Shown here in pieces: positions 19,442-28,257 of a stretch of DNA of 64,000 bases (within the stretch, counting starts at the first letter, position 1; every line of letters begins with the position of its first letter). The position numbers and the translations under genes are program-made. The stretch covers positions 51,476-115,475 of the forward strand of contig JALGVA010000001.1 of NCBI GenBank assembly GCA_029820295.1, written 5' to 3'. The stretch comes from Candidatus Zipacnadia bacterium. GTDB taxonomy: Bacteria; Armatimonadota; Zipacnadia; Zipacnadales; UBA5352. The notes below the pieces were generated by a model, which was given only the letters and a program-made list of their open reading frames with translations, ran no database searches and had not been told where the DNA came from.

Positions 19442-21547
19442 GTGAAGTCGCTGCTGATCATCGCTCTCGCCATGATGCCGACAGTGCTGCTGGCCGCGTC
19501 GCTCAAGGTGGACGTGCGCACCATGCCGCGCGTGGTGTTTACCGGGGACTCGCAGACCTGCGGCCGCGTCGGCGCGTGGGACTACCCGCAGATGCTCTCC
19601 TGGGAACAGCCGGTGCACGTCATCAACACCGCGGTGGGCGGCACCAACACCGTGCACCTGCTGAACGAGCAGACCGGCGGCGACGCGGAGGTCAAGGCCG
19701 GCGAGCGCCAGGTGCACGGCCTCAACGTCGGCTGGGGCTCGGGCCCCTATCCGGGCCAGACCATCCGCCTGGGCGCGCAGAGCTACACCATCGACCGCAT
19801 CGAGGTGCACGACTATCACACGCGCGAGGTGTCGGTGTGGCTCACCGAGCCCGCGCGCGAGGACTTCAGCGGAACCGATCACGCCGTCGAGCCGGGCTGG
19901 CGGGTGCGCATCGCAGAGCGCCGCCCCGACTTCGCCTGCTTCATGTATTCGGTCAACGATACCCGCCACACCTCCGAGGAGTTCGTCGCCAACATCCGCG
20001 AGCTGGTCGAGCGCACCCGCGCCCTGGGGGCCGAGCCCATCCTGCTCAGCGGTGTGCCGCTGATGGTCGCGGACCTGGGCGGCTCGCACCCGGGTGACAA
20101 CGTCGGCGTGGACGTCCGCGCCAACGACCTGCTCGCCTGCTCCGAGCAACTGGGTGTGCCCTACGGTGACATCTTCCACTCGCTGATGCTGCTCGACGAG
20201 CACTGCACCGCCACCTGGGTGGACACCGTGCACCCCACCACCGACGGCTCGACGCTCATCCTGGTGGCGCTGCGGCGCATCTTCGCGCACCTCGGCCTGA
20301 GCGGCAACCCGTACTTCGTCCGTGGCTACCGCGTGGCCGAGCTGTGCCCGCCCGATCAGCAGGAGGCGCTGACCCCCATCGCCACCAGCCAGCCCGACTG
20401 CAACATCGCCGGGCGGCTCGACGACAACCACTTCGACCTGGCCGCCATCCACGCCCGCGACGAGTACGAGCTGATCGCCGAGGCCGATGGCGACGCGCTG
20501 GTCAGCGACCGCCCCGTCCTGCTGCGCTTCGGCGTCGGCGACCCGGCGCGCCTGCGGTCCGTCGAGGTCAGTGTGGTGCTCGCGGACGCCGCCGCGGCGT
20601 CGGCCTTCGACTGGAACACGCGCCGATGGCGTGCGCTGGCTGAGGGCGACGGCGCGCTTGCCGCCACCCTCGAAACCGAGGACCTGGACGCGCTCGTCCA
20701 CGAGCGCTGCGTCTGGCTGGCCGTGCAGGGCGACGCGGGCATCGCCCTCGACTACGCCGGGCTCACGCTCCAGGGCGATCCGCAGCCGTGGGCGCCGCGC
20801 TGCGATGCCGGGGCGATGGTCTGGCCCGAGCCGGGGTCGCTGACCTGGACCGAAGACGCCGCCGGCCTGGTCGTCAACGGCAACCTGACGGCCCTCGACG
20901 GCGCCCTGCCCGCGGGCTGGGAGATGCGCGGTGATGATGCGACGTACATCCGCGGCGGAGTCGCGGCCGAGGGCCTGGGCGAACTCAAGGTCGAGGACGG
21001 CGCCGGCGTCTTCACCTGCCCCACCGGCGAGCTGGCGGTCGCGCGGCCGCTCGACATGCTGGAGGTCATGGATGGCTCGGCCAACGAGCCCGGCCGCTAC
21101 CTCATCCGCTCCATCGACGAGGACGGCTCAGTCCGCCTGCGCCGCAGGCCCGGCCAGCCGGCCGCAGGGCTGCGCTTCCAGTTGCTGCGCTCCTCGGGGT
21201 GCCCGGCCGTGCCCGGCGACTGCGCCATCGGTTGCCGCGGGGAGAGCTACTGGCAGAGCACGGTGCGCGGCCTGCAGCCGGGCGACTACCGCCTGGGCTT
21301 CTACTTCCGCGCCTACGATCCCCCCGCCATGAAAGCCCGGGGCGGCCCCGGGCGGGCGGCGCGGGTAGACGTGGCCCTCGCCCCCGGCACCGCGCTGGCT
21401 TCCACGGGTGCGCTCGCGACCGCCTGGCACTGGCAGCGGGCATGGCTGGATGTCACCGTGCCGCAGGCCGGCGACCTGCTTGTGCGGCCGCGCGCCGAGG
21501 GCGACACACCGGTCGAGTTCACGGGCTTCAGCCTGCAGCGCCGCTGA
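19442..21547 (+). CDS. secreted SGNH/GDSL-family hydrolase with large C-terminal extension
   Basis: GTG 19442 preceded by GAGGTG (5-nt spacer); signal peptide VKSLLIIALAMMPTVLLAASL; GDSL block VVFTGDSQTCG. The ORF-track N-terminal 38 residues are Arg-rich. Confidence 0.65.
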   Translation: MKSLLIIALAMMPTVLLAASLKVDVRTMPRVVFTGDSQTCGRVGAWDYPQMLSWEQPVHVINTAVGGTNTVHLLNEQTGGDAEVKAGERQVHGLNVGWGSGPYPGQTIRLGAQSYTIDRIEVHDYHTREVSVWLTEPAREDFSGTDHAVEPGWRVRIAERRPDFACFMYSVNDTRHTSEEFVANIRELVERTRALGAEPILLSGVPLMVADLGGSHPGDNVGVDVRANDLLACSEQLGVPYGDIFHSLMLLDEHCTATWVDTVHPTTDGSTLILVALRRIFAHLGLSGNPYFVRGYRVAELCPPDQQEALTPIATSQPDCNIAGRLDDNHFDLAAIHARDEYELIAEADGDALVSDRPVLLRFGVGDPARLRSVEVSVVLADAAAASAFDWNTRRWRALAEGDGALAATLETEDLDALVHERCVWLAVQGDAGIALDYAGLTLQGDPQPWAPRCDAGAMVWPEPGSLTWTEDAAGLVVNGNLTALDGALPAGWEMRGDDATYIRGGVAAEGLGELKVEDGAGVFTCPTGELAVARPLDMLEVMDGSANEPGRYLIRSIDEDGSVRLRRRPGQPAAGLRFQLLRSSGCPAVPGDCAIGCRGESYWQSTVRGLQPGDYRLGFYFRAYDPPAMKARGGPGRAARVDVALAPGTALASTGALATAWHWQRAWLDVTVPQAGDLLVRPRAEGDTPVEFTGFSLQRR

Positions 21548-22106
21548 CGCGCTCATACGCAGCCGCCCCGGCCATCCGCCCCATCGGCGCTCACCCGCGG
21601 GTCGGCCAGCCGCCGGGCCGAAGCTCACGTCCCCCGCGACCGCGCGCAGCTCGCCGCGCAGCCGCTCCGGCGCCGATGCGTCATACTCCACGCCGAACAG
21701 GTCCGGCAGCGGCGGCGCGTCGCGCAGACTTCCGTTGGGCCGCCGCCGGCCGGGGAGTACGTCCGCGATGACCGCGCCCCCGCTCTGCGCGAAGGCGCGG
21801 ACCGCCGTCGGCGCTCGCCGGATCGTCGCAACCCACCGGGAGCCGCTGCGCCACGGCGCCCGACGCGGCCCGCACGATAGCGACCGCGAGGACCCACCCG
21901 GGTGCCGATGACCGAGCCATGACATCCCCTCCGCGCTGAGGCGAGGTGGCCTGCGGCTGTCAGGTTCGTGCGCGACGGCACGGCGCCTGCCCCGCAGGCC
22001 GGGCCGCCCGGTTGACGGCCATCAGATGAGGAGGAGTCCCACGGCACGCGGGGCAATGTCCGGATGCCGCAGGCGGCAGGCTACCTTCGAAGGGCGATGG
22101 TCGATC

Positions 22107-25100
22107 ATGCTCGACGCACGCGTCGTCGCGATTGTGCTGCTGGTGGCCGCGGGCACGCGCTGCGCGGCTCAGGAGGTCGTGGACCTCTACGTCGCACCCG
22201 CCGGGGATGACGCGCGCTCCGGGCGTTCGGCGGACGCCGCCTTCGCGACGCTCCGGCGCGCGTGCGACGAGCTGGCGGCACTCGGGCAGGCCGATGGACG
22301 TCCCGCGGGCGCCACCGTGCACGTGGCCTCGGGCGTCTACGAGCTGGCCGAGGCGCTGGTGATCGGCCCCGAGCACGGCGGGACCGCGGACGGCCCGGTG
22401 ATCTTCCGCGGCGAGGGGGGGACGCGGCCGGTGCTGGCGGGCGCGCGCCCCGTCGAGGGCTTCGAGCCCTATCAGGGCGAGGTGTTGCGCTGCTCGCTGG
22501 CGGGCACGCCGCTGGCGGGCATCGAGCCGACCGACCTTATCTTCGCCGGCGAGCCGATGGTGCGTGCCCGCTACCCGAACGTAGACCCCGAGGACCCGCA
22601 CTTCGGCACGTGGGCACATGTGCTCGACGTCCCCGGCCGGACCGTGCGCGATCGCTTCTTCTGCACCGACGACGTCATCAAGGACTGGGCGGACCTCGAG
22701 GGTGCGCAGGTGCACATCCACCCCGGCTACGACTGGGCGTGGAACATCGTCCCCATCGCCTCCGCCGACCGGGGCACCGGCGAGATCGTCCTCGGCCGCA
22801 ACACCTCCTACGACCTGCGCGTGGGCGACCGCTTCTTCGTCGAGAACCTGCTCGCGGAGCTGGACGCCCCCGGCGAGTGGTACCTCGACACCGACGCGCA
22901 GGTGCTCTACTTCTGGCCGCCCGCCGACCTCGACTCGGGCGACGTGCTCATGCCGGTCACGGATACGGTGTTGCACATGGCGGGCGCGCGCCACGTCTCC
23001 GTCCAGGGCATGACCATCGAGGCCTGCAACCGCGATGCGGTGCGCATCGAGGACTGCGAGAGCTGCACCATCGCGGCCAGCGTGATCCGCAACTGCGGCG
23101 GCTGGGGCGTCGTGATCGCCGGCGGGCATGACTCCGGGGCGCTGGGCAACGACATCTCGGCGACCGGGCAGGGCGGGATCAGCGTCGATGGGGGAGACCG
23201 CGACACGCTCGAACGCGGCCGCAACTTCGCCGACAACAACTACGTCCACCACATCGCGCGCATCTGGCGCACCTACCGACCGGGGGTGAGCTGCCGGGGC
23301 GTGGGCAACCGCGTGGCGCACAACCTGATCCACGACACCTACCACGCCGGGCTGCTGCTGGGCGGCAACGACAACGTGGTCGAACTCAACGAGGTGCATC
23401 ACACCAACCTCGGCTCGGCCGACACCGGCGGCATCTACTTCTGCTCGCGCGACTGGACGCAGCGCGGCAATGTCATCCGCCACAACATCTTCCACCACGT
23501 CGGCGGCTTCGGCAAGTCCAACTCCTGGAACCCGATCCACGACGGCAGGGTCGAGTTCGCCTACCCGCACTTCACCTGGGGCATCTACCTCGACGACCCG
23601 ACCACGGGCACGACGGTCTACGGCAATATCCTCCACTCGGTGCCGGTGTGCGCGCTGCACAACCATGGCGGACGCGACAACGCCTTCGTCAACAACGTCA
23701 TCATCGACGCGCCCGCGTTCCGCGCGGGGATGCTCTCACCGGGCTGGAGCGAGTGGCCGGCGATCCGCGAGCGCCTGCATCAGCGCGTCTACGACGGCTC
23801 GCCCTACCTGACGCTCTACCCCGAGCTGGCGCACTACCGCGACGAGGAGCCCGAGGAGATGTCCGGGCTGCGCATCGAGCGCAACATCATCTACTACCGC
23901 GACGACATCCCCGAGTGGCTGCGCGCCGGGCGCTACTGGACCGACGAGGGCATGCCGCAGGTGTTCTCGGTGACCTGCCGCGAGCAGGACTGGCCGGAGA
24001 TCGCCTTCGACCGCAACCTGATCCGCGTGCCGCAGGGGATGCGGCCCGTATTCCGCCGCCAGCTCTCCGGCGGGCAGGCGCGCAACCTGAGCTGGGACGA
24101 GTGGCGTGCCCTGGGCGCCGATCCCGGCTCGGTGCTCGGCGACCCCATGTTCGTAGACGCGGCCGCCGGCGACTTCCGCCTGCAGGAAGGCTCACGGGCG
24201 TTCGACCTGGGCTTCGAGCCGATCCCCGTGGATGAGATCGGCCCCTGCGAGGATGATCTGCGGGCGAGCTGGCCGATCGTCGAAGCGCCCGGGGCGGCGC
24301 GCCTGGGCGAGCTGCACACGCAGCGCTTCTTCGTGGTGCCCGGATACGAGCCCGTGCCGGCTGTGCCGCTGGCGGTGCGCGGCGGCGCGCCCCATGCCTT
24401 CGCGGCGCTCGCGGCCGGCGAGTCGGTGCGCGTGGCCTACTTCGGCGGCGGCATCCACCCCGCCCACGGCTGGCGCGCGCAGGTGCTGGCGGCTCTGTGC
24501 GACCGCTACCCGGACGCGCAGGTGCACGCCATCGACGCCTCGATCACCGATGCGGTGCGCGGCATCAGCTTCAGCGTCTACCGCTTCCGCCACGACGTGC
24601 TGGCCCGGCAGCCGGACCTGGTGCTGGTGGACTTCACTTCCGGCGACCACGAGCGCGACATGATCGACACCATGCGTGCCGCCGAGGGCATCGTTCGCCA
24701 GGCCCGCGCCGAGGCGCCTACGACCGACCTGGTCTTCCTCTACGCCTACCACCCCGGCCAGCAGCAGACCTACGACGGTGGGCTGTGCCCGCCGGAGGTC
24801 TCGGCGTGCGAGAAGGTCGCGGAGCACTACGGCGTGCCCTCGATCAACATGGGCCTGCGCATCGCGGAGCTGATCCGCGCGGGCGAAATGCGCGCCGCGC
24901 CCGACGCCGACGCGGCGGCGGGAGTGCCGGTCTTCTCCGAGTCAGGCCGCGTGCCGACCCCGGCTGCCTCCGACGTCTACGCGTCCGCGATTACCGATGG
25001 CCTCGACGAGATCGCGCGGGCGCAGGCCGTGGAGCCGGCCATGCCCCGCCCGCTGCGGCGCGATAACCTGGAGCGCGCCCGGCTGGTGGCGGTAACGCCC

Positions 25101-25538
25101 GGGATGCTGGCGGGCGAGTGGCAGCACACCGGGCCGGCCCTGGACGGCGCCGACTTCTCCCGGCACTTCGATGAGCTGTGGGTGACGCGCACGCCGGGCG
25201 CGCGCCTGAGCTTCCGCTTCCGCGGCACCGACGCCAGCCTGTTCAACCTGATCGGCCCCGACCACGGGCGCGTGCGCGTCACAGTCGATGGCGCCGACGC
25301 GGGCGTGCAGGGCCGCGCCGACCGCTGGTGCTACTACCATCGCCTGAGCGCCACGCCGCTGGCGAGCGGCCTCGACGACGGCGAGCATACCGTCACCGTG
25401 GAGCTGCTGCCCGAGCCGCCCGATCGCTCCGAGGCCATCGCGGAGGCGCGGCGCCTGGGCCGCTATGCCCCGGCGACCTTCGAGGGTGTGGCCCTCTACG
25501 TGGGCTGGCTGCGCATCGTCGGCGAGATCAGCGAGTGA
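22107..25538 (+). CDS. secreted right-handed beta-helix (pectate-lyase-fold) protein with C-terminal SGNH-like esterase-type domain
   Basis: Signal peptide MLDARVVAIVLLVAAGTRCAAQ|E; repeated beta-helix-like segments (NNVIIDAP, GNILHS, HNLIHDT); C-terminal region VRVAYFGGGIHPAHGW...LVLVDFTSGDHE resembles the SGNH/GDSL-like fold. Start moved to Met28 of the ORF-track model. Confidence 0.55.
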   Translation: MLDARVVAIVLLVAAGTRCAAQEVVDLYVAPAGDDARSGRSADAAFATLRRACDELAALGQADGRPAGATVHVASGVYELAEALVIGPEHGGTADGPVIFRGEGGTRPVLAGARPVEGFEPYQGEVLRCSLAGTPLAGIEPTDLIFAGEPMVRARYPNVDPEDPHFGTWAHVLDVPGRTVRDRFFCTDDVIKDWADLEGAQVHIHPGYDWAWNIVPIASADRGTGEIVLGRNTSYDLRVGDRFFVENLLAELDAPGEWYLDTDAQVLYFWPPADLDSGDVLMPVTDTVLHMAGARHVSVQGMTIEACNRDAVRIEDCESCTIAASVIRNCGGWGVVIAGGHDSGALGNDISATGQGGISVDGGDRDTLERGRNFADNNYVHHIARIWRTYRPGVSCRGVGNRVAHNLIHDTYHAGLLLGGNDNVVELNEVHHTNLGSADTGGIYFCSRDWTQRGNVIRHNIFHHVGGFGKSNSWNPIHDGRVEFAYPHFTWGIYLDDPTTGTTVYGNILHSVPVCALHNHGGRDNAFVNNVIIDAPAFRAGMLSPGWSEWPAIRERLHQRVYDGSPYLTLYPELAHYRDEEPEEMSGLRIERNIIYYRDDIPEWLRAGRYWTDEGMPQVFSVTCREQDWPEIAFDRNLIRVPQGMRPVFRRQLSGGQARNLSWDEWRALGADPGSVLGDPMFVDAAAGDFRLQEGSRAFDLGFEPIPVDEIGPCEDDLRASWPIVEAPGAARLGELHTQRFFVVPGYEPVPAVPLAVRGGAPHAFAALAAGESVRVAYFGGGIHPAHGWRAQVLAALCDRYPDAQVHAIDASITDAVRGISFSVYRFRHDVLARQPDLVLVDFTSGDHERDMIDTMRAAEGIVRQARAEAPTTDLVFLYAYHPGQQQTYDGGLCPPEVSACEKVAEHYGVPSINMGLRIAELIRAGEMRAAPDADAAAGVPVFSESGRVPTPAASDVYASAITDGLDEIARAQAVEPAMPRPLRRDNLERARLVAVTPGMLAGEWQHTGPALDGADFSRHFDELWVTRTPGARLSFRFRGTDASLFNLIGPDHGRVRVTVDGADAGVQGRADRWCYYHRLSATPLASGLDDGEHTVTVELLPEPPDRSEAIAEARRLGRYAPATFEGVALYVGWLRIVGEISE

Positions 25539-25658
25539 GCAGCGTGGCGAAGGACCGATGATGCGCCGCATCGCCTGTCCGTGGAGCATGCGTGCGCTGC
25601 TCGCGCTGCTGGAGTGAGGCGCTTCCCGCACCAGCCTCGTCCCTGCGCGGACGCCCGA

Positions 25659-28208
25659 TCAGTACCTGAGCACGCGGGTCTCGCCCCGGCGCATCTCCAG
25701 GCGCAGGCGCGGGCCCGCACCCACAGCCGTCCCGTCCAGCGCATCGACCACCGGCCGATCACGCCCCGTCGCGATCGTCACCGGGCCATCGTCCATGGCG
25801 TGGACCGACAGGTAGGGTTCCGCCGCCCAGACTGAGGCGTCCACGTCGGTGAACAGGTGCACGCCGGCGAGCCGGGCAAGCGCCCGCACCAGCGCGGGTG
25901 TCAGTTCGGGCACGCCCACGAACACGTCCAGCCCGTCCTCGGCCCGGCGCAGAGCCACCGCCGGGCTGCCGTCCGCCCATTCGGCCAGCGTCTCGTCGGG
26001 CGTCGCCTCCACCGCGAACAGCGGGGCGATCCCCGCCTGCGGCCCCCACGCGTCGGTCACCCCCAGGGCGGCGCCGGCGGGCGTCGGCGTCACCTGCGCC
26101 GTGTCGAGCGAGACCTGCCGGCAGATGAAGCCGGTCAGCTCGTCCATCGCCTGCAGGTCGGCGCCATCTTCGGTCAACCACCCCGGCGCGTAGCACCACA
26201 CGCGCGTGACCCCCGGAACGCGCGAAGCCCGAAGCCGCTCTCTCTCGGCGCGAGTGAGCGCCCACGCCGCCAGGTAGATCTGCAGTCGCGCGGGCACCGT
26301 CCCCTCCACCGCGTCGCGCAGCATGTACTGCCCGTAGGGAGCGCCACAGCGGCCCAGCGCCCAGCGGGCCTGGTAGACCAGCGGTCGCGAGACGGCGTTG
26401 CCGCCCGCGGCGAGATGGCACACGCTGTCCTCCCCGACGATGGCGGCGATCCCCGGCGTGAACGGCCGCTCGCGCACCAGCATCGCCTCGTCCACCGGCC
26501 GCAGCCTCACCAGCTCCTCCCAGATCGCCGGGTCGGCGAACCACCCGAGCCCGGGCAGATCCATCCACCACGTCGCGAAGCCCCGCAGCGCCGCCTGCGC
26601 GGTGTTGCGCAGCATCACATCGCGCGTCTGCTGCAGGTCGGCCAGGCCGCCGTAGTCGGTGGTGCCGGCCAGGTAGGTGCGCGTGTCGTCCTCGTTGAGC
26701 CACATGATCCCGGCGTCGCGGATGCTCTCGGCCGGACTCATGCATGGGGCCGTGCCCGGCCACTGCCGATCACCGTAGGAGATGGGCGAGCACAGGATGT
26801 CGATGTCTGCCGACGCCAGCACGTCGGCCAGCCCGTAGTGACCCGCGACCGCAGCGCCGTTGGGCAGCGCCCCGAACTCGTAGTGATAGCCGTAGAAGAA
26901 CACCACGAGCTTGCGCCCGTCGGTCCCGCGCCGGGCGGCGGCCGCAAGCGCCAGCACCATCTGCGCCATCTCGGCCTGCTGGAAGCGATTGAACTCGATC
27001 AGCATGCGCTCCCGGACAGGATCGCGCAGCAGGCCCAGGGGCGCCGCATGGCGCGCCGCGGCGGCCGGCACCTGCGCCTCAGCCGCGCCCGCGACGCCGC
27101 GCGCCGCGAGCCACTCCCGCCAGGCGGTCAGCGTCGCCGGATCGTAGCCGCTCAGCGGCGCCTCCCACGACGCCTCGTAGAACCACTCGCCGGTGTTCTG
27201 ACCGCAGGGGTGGATGCCGGCGAAGTGCTCCGGAAAGCGCTCGGACAGGTGGCGCGACAGGCGCTCGATGTACTCGGCCGCATCCGCCCGGTACTGCCGG
27301 CTGGAGACCGAGGCGAAACGCCCGGGTCGGTCTCCCTCGTAGACCATGCGCGCCTCAGGGTGAGCTTCGAGCCACCACGCGGGCGCGTTCGCGCTCACTC
27401 GCGGCACCAGCAGCGCCTCCGGGTTGACCGCGATGATCTGCGCGCACAGCTCATCGAAGGCGGTGAAGTCCGGCTCGGCCTCCGGCGGCCCCCAGCAGTT
27501 GGGCGTGCCGAAGGACACGAAGTCCACACCGGCATCGCGCGCGATCGCCACCTGCTCCAGGAACGGCCCCGGCGGCCCGCCCAGCGGGTGCCACACGCCC
27601 CCTTCGACGCGGTAGAGCGCCGGCGCGACCCTCCGGGCGGGCGCCGCGCGCGCGCGGAAGCTGCAGCGGTACGCGCGCCCGGCGGCGAAGCTCAGCCCGA
27701 TGCTCGAGTGCAGATGGAAGTCCGGCCATGTGGCCCCGGCCGGCGGGTCGCTCAGGGTCACGTGCAGCGCGCCATCCTCGACCCGCACGCGCCCGACCGT
27801 GTTCGCCTCCCCCGGCGGCCACAGGTTCCACAAGCGGGCGAACGCCTCCTGGGTGGCGAAGCTGCCCGCCGGCAGCACGTCCTCGCCCGTCTCCGCATCG
27901 ACCACGCGCACATCGGCCAGCCACACCTCGCCCGGCTGCTGGCCGAAGCGGAAGTGCAGCGTGCCCCCACCCTCGACGGGCGCGATCGGGGTGAACTCGA
28001 AGGACTGCTCCGACCACTCGGCTTCGGCGCGCACGCTCCCCCCGCGCACCGAGCCGAAGAACCAGCGCGGCACCACCGGCCGGCCGTCAACGTGGATCTG
28101 CGGCCCGCCGGGCGTCGGCTGTACGCGCACGACGACCTCGGCGACAGACGGCATCGGCATCACCCCCAGCAATGCGATCAGCAGAGACGCTCGCGTCCCG
28201 ATCGGCAT
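25659..28208 (-). CDS. secreted glycoside hydrolase-like protein (GH42-like TIM barrel + trimerisation-like domain architecture)
   Basis: Signal peptide MPIGTRASLLIALLGVMPMPSVA; N-terminal CBM-like beta-sandwich, central TIM-barrel-like region (DFVSFGTPNCWG...FAGIHPCGQNTGEWFYE), ThuA-like region (KLVVFFYGYHYEF). GGAGGGAGG RBS. Family assignment tentative. Confidence 0.45.
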   Translation of the reverse strand: MPIGTRASLLIALLGVMPMPSVAEVVVRVQPTPGGPQIHVDGRPVVPRWFFGSVRGGSVRAEAEWSEQSFEFTPIAPVEGGGTLHFRFGQQPGEVWLADVRVVDAETGEDVLPAGSFATQEAFARLWNLWPPGEANTVGRVRVEDGALHVTLSDPPAGATWPDFHLHSSIGLSFAAGRAYRCSFRARAAPARRVAPALYRVEGGVWHPLGGPPGPFLEQVAIARDAGVDFVSFGTPNCWGPPEAEPDFTAFDELCAQIIAVNPEALLVPRVSANAPAWWLEAHPEARMVYEGDRPGRFASVSSRQYRADAAEYIERLSRHLSERFPEHFAGIHPCGQNTGEWFYEASWEAPLSGYDPATLTAWREWLAARGVAGAAEAQVPAAAARHAAPLGLLRDPVRERMLIEFNRFQQAEMAQMVLALAAAARRGTDGRKLVVFFYGYHYEFGALPNGAAVAGHYGLADVLASADIDILCSPISYGDRQWPGTAPCMSPAESIRDAGIMWLNEDDTRTYLAGTTDYGGLADLQQTRDVMLRNTAQAALRGFATWWMDLPGLGWFADPAIWEELVRLRPVDEAMLVRERPFTPGIAAIVGEDSVCHLAAGGNAVSRPLVYQARWALGRCGAPYGQYMLRDAVEGTVPARLQIYLAAWALTRAERERLRASRVPGVTRVWCYAPGWLTEDGADLQAMDELTGFICRQVSLDTAQVTPTPAGAALGVTDAWGPQAGIAPLFAVEATPDETLAEWADGSPAVALRRAEDGLDVFVGVPELTPALVRALARLAGVHLFTDVDASVWAAEPYLSVHAMDDGPVTIATGRDRPVVDALDGTAVGAGPRLRLEMRRGETRVLRY

Positions 28209-28257
28209 CGTGGACTGGATCCTCCCTCCGGGATGGCGGGCGAGAGCCTTGCCGGGC

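Noticed and set aside
18475-20701. Minus-strand ORFs 18475-19524 and 19316-20701
   Set aside because: Antisense to the thioredoxin-like and SGNH genes, which have catalytic motifs, RBSs and signal peptides.
21960-23666. 568-aa minus-strand ORF
   Set aside because: Antisense to the beta-helix gene; Arg/Ala/Val-rich, no motifs.
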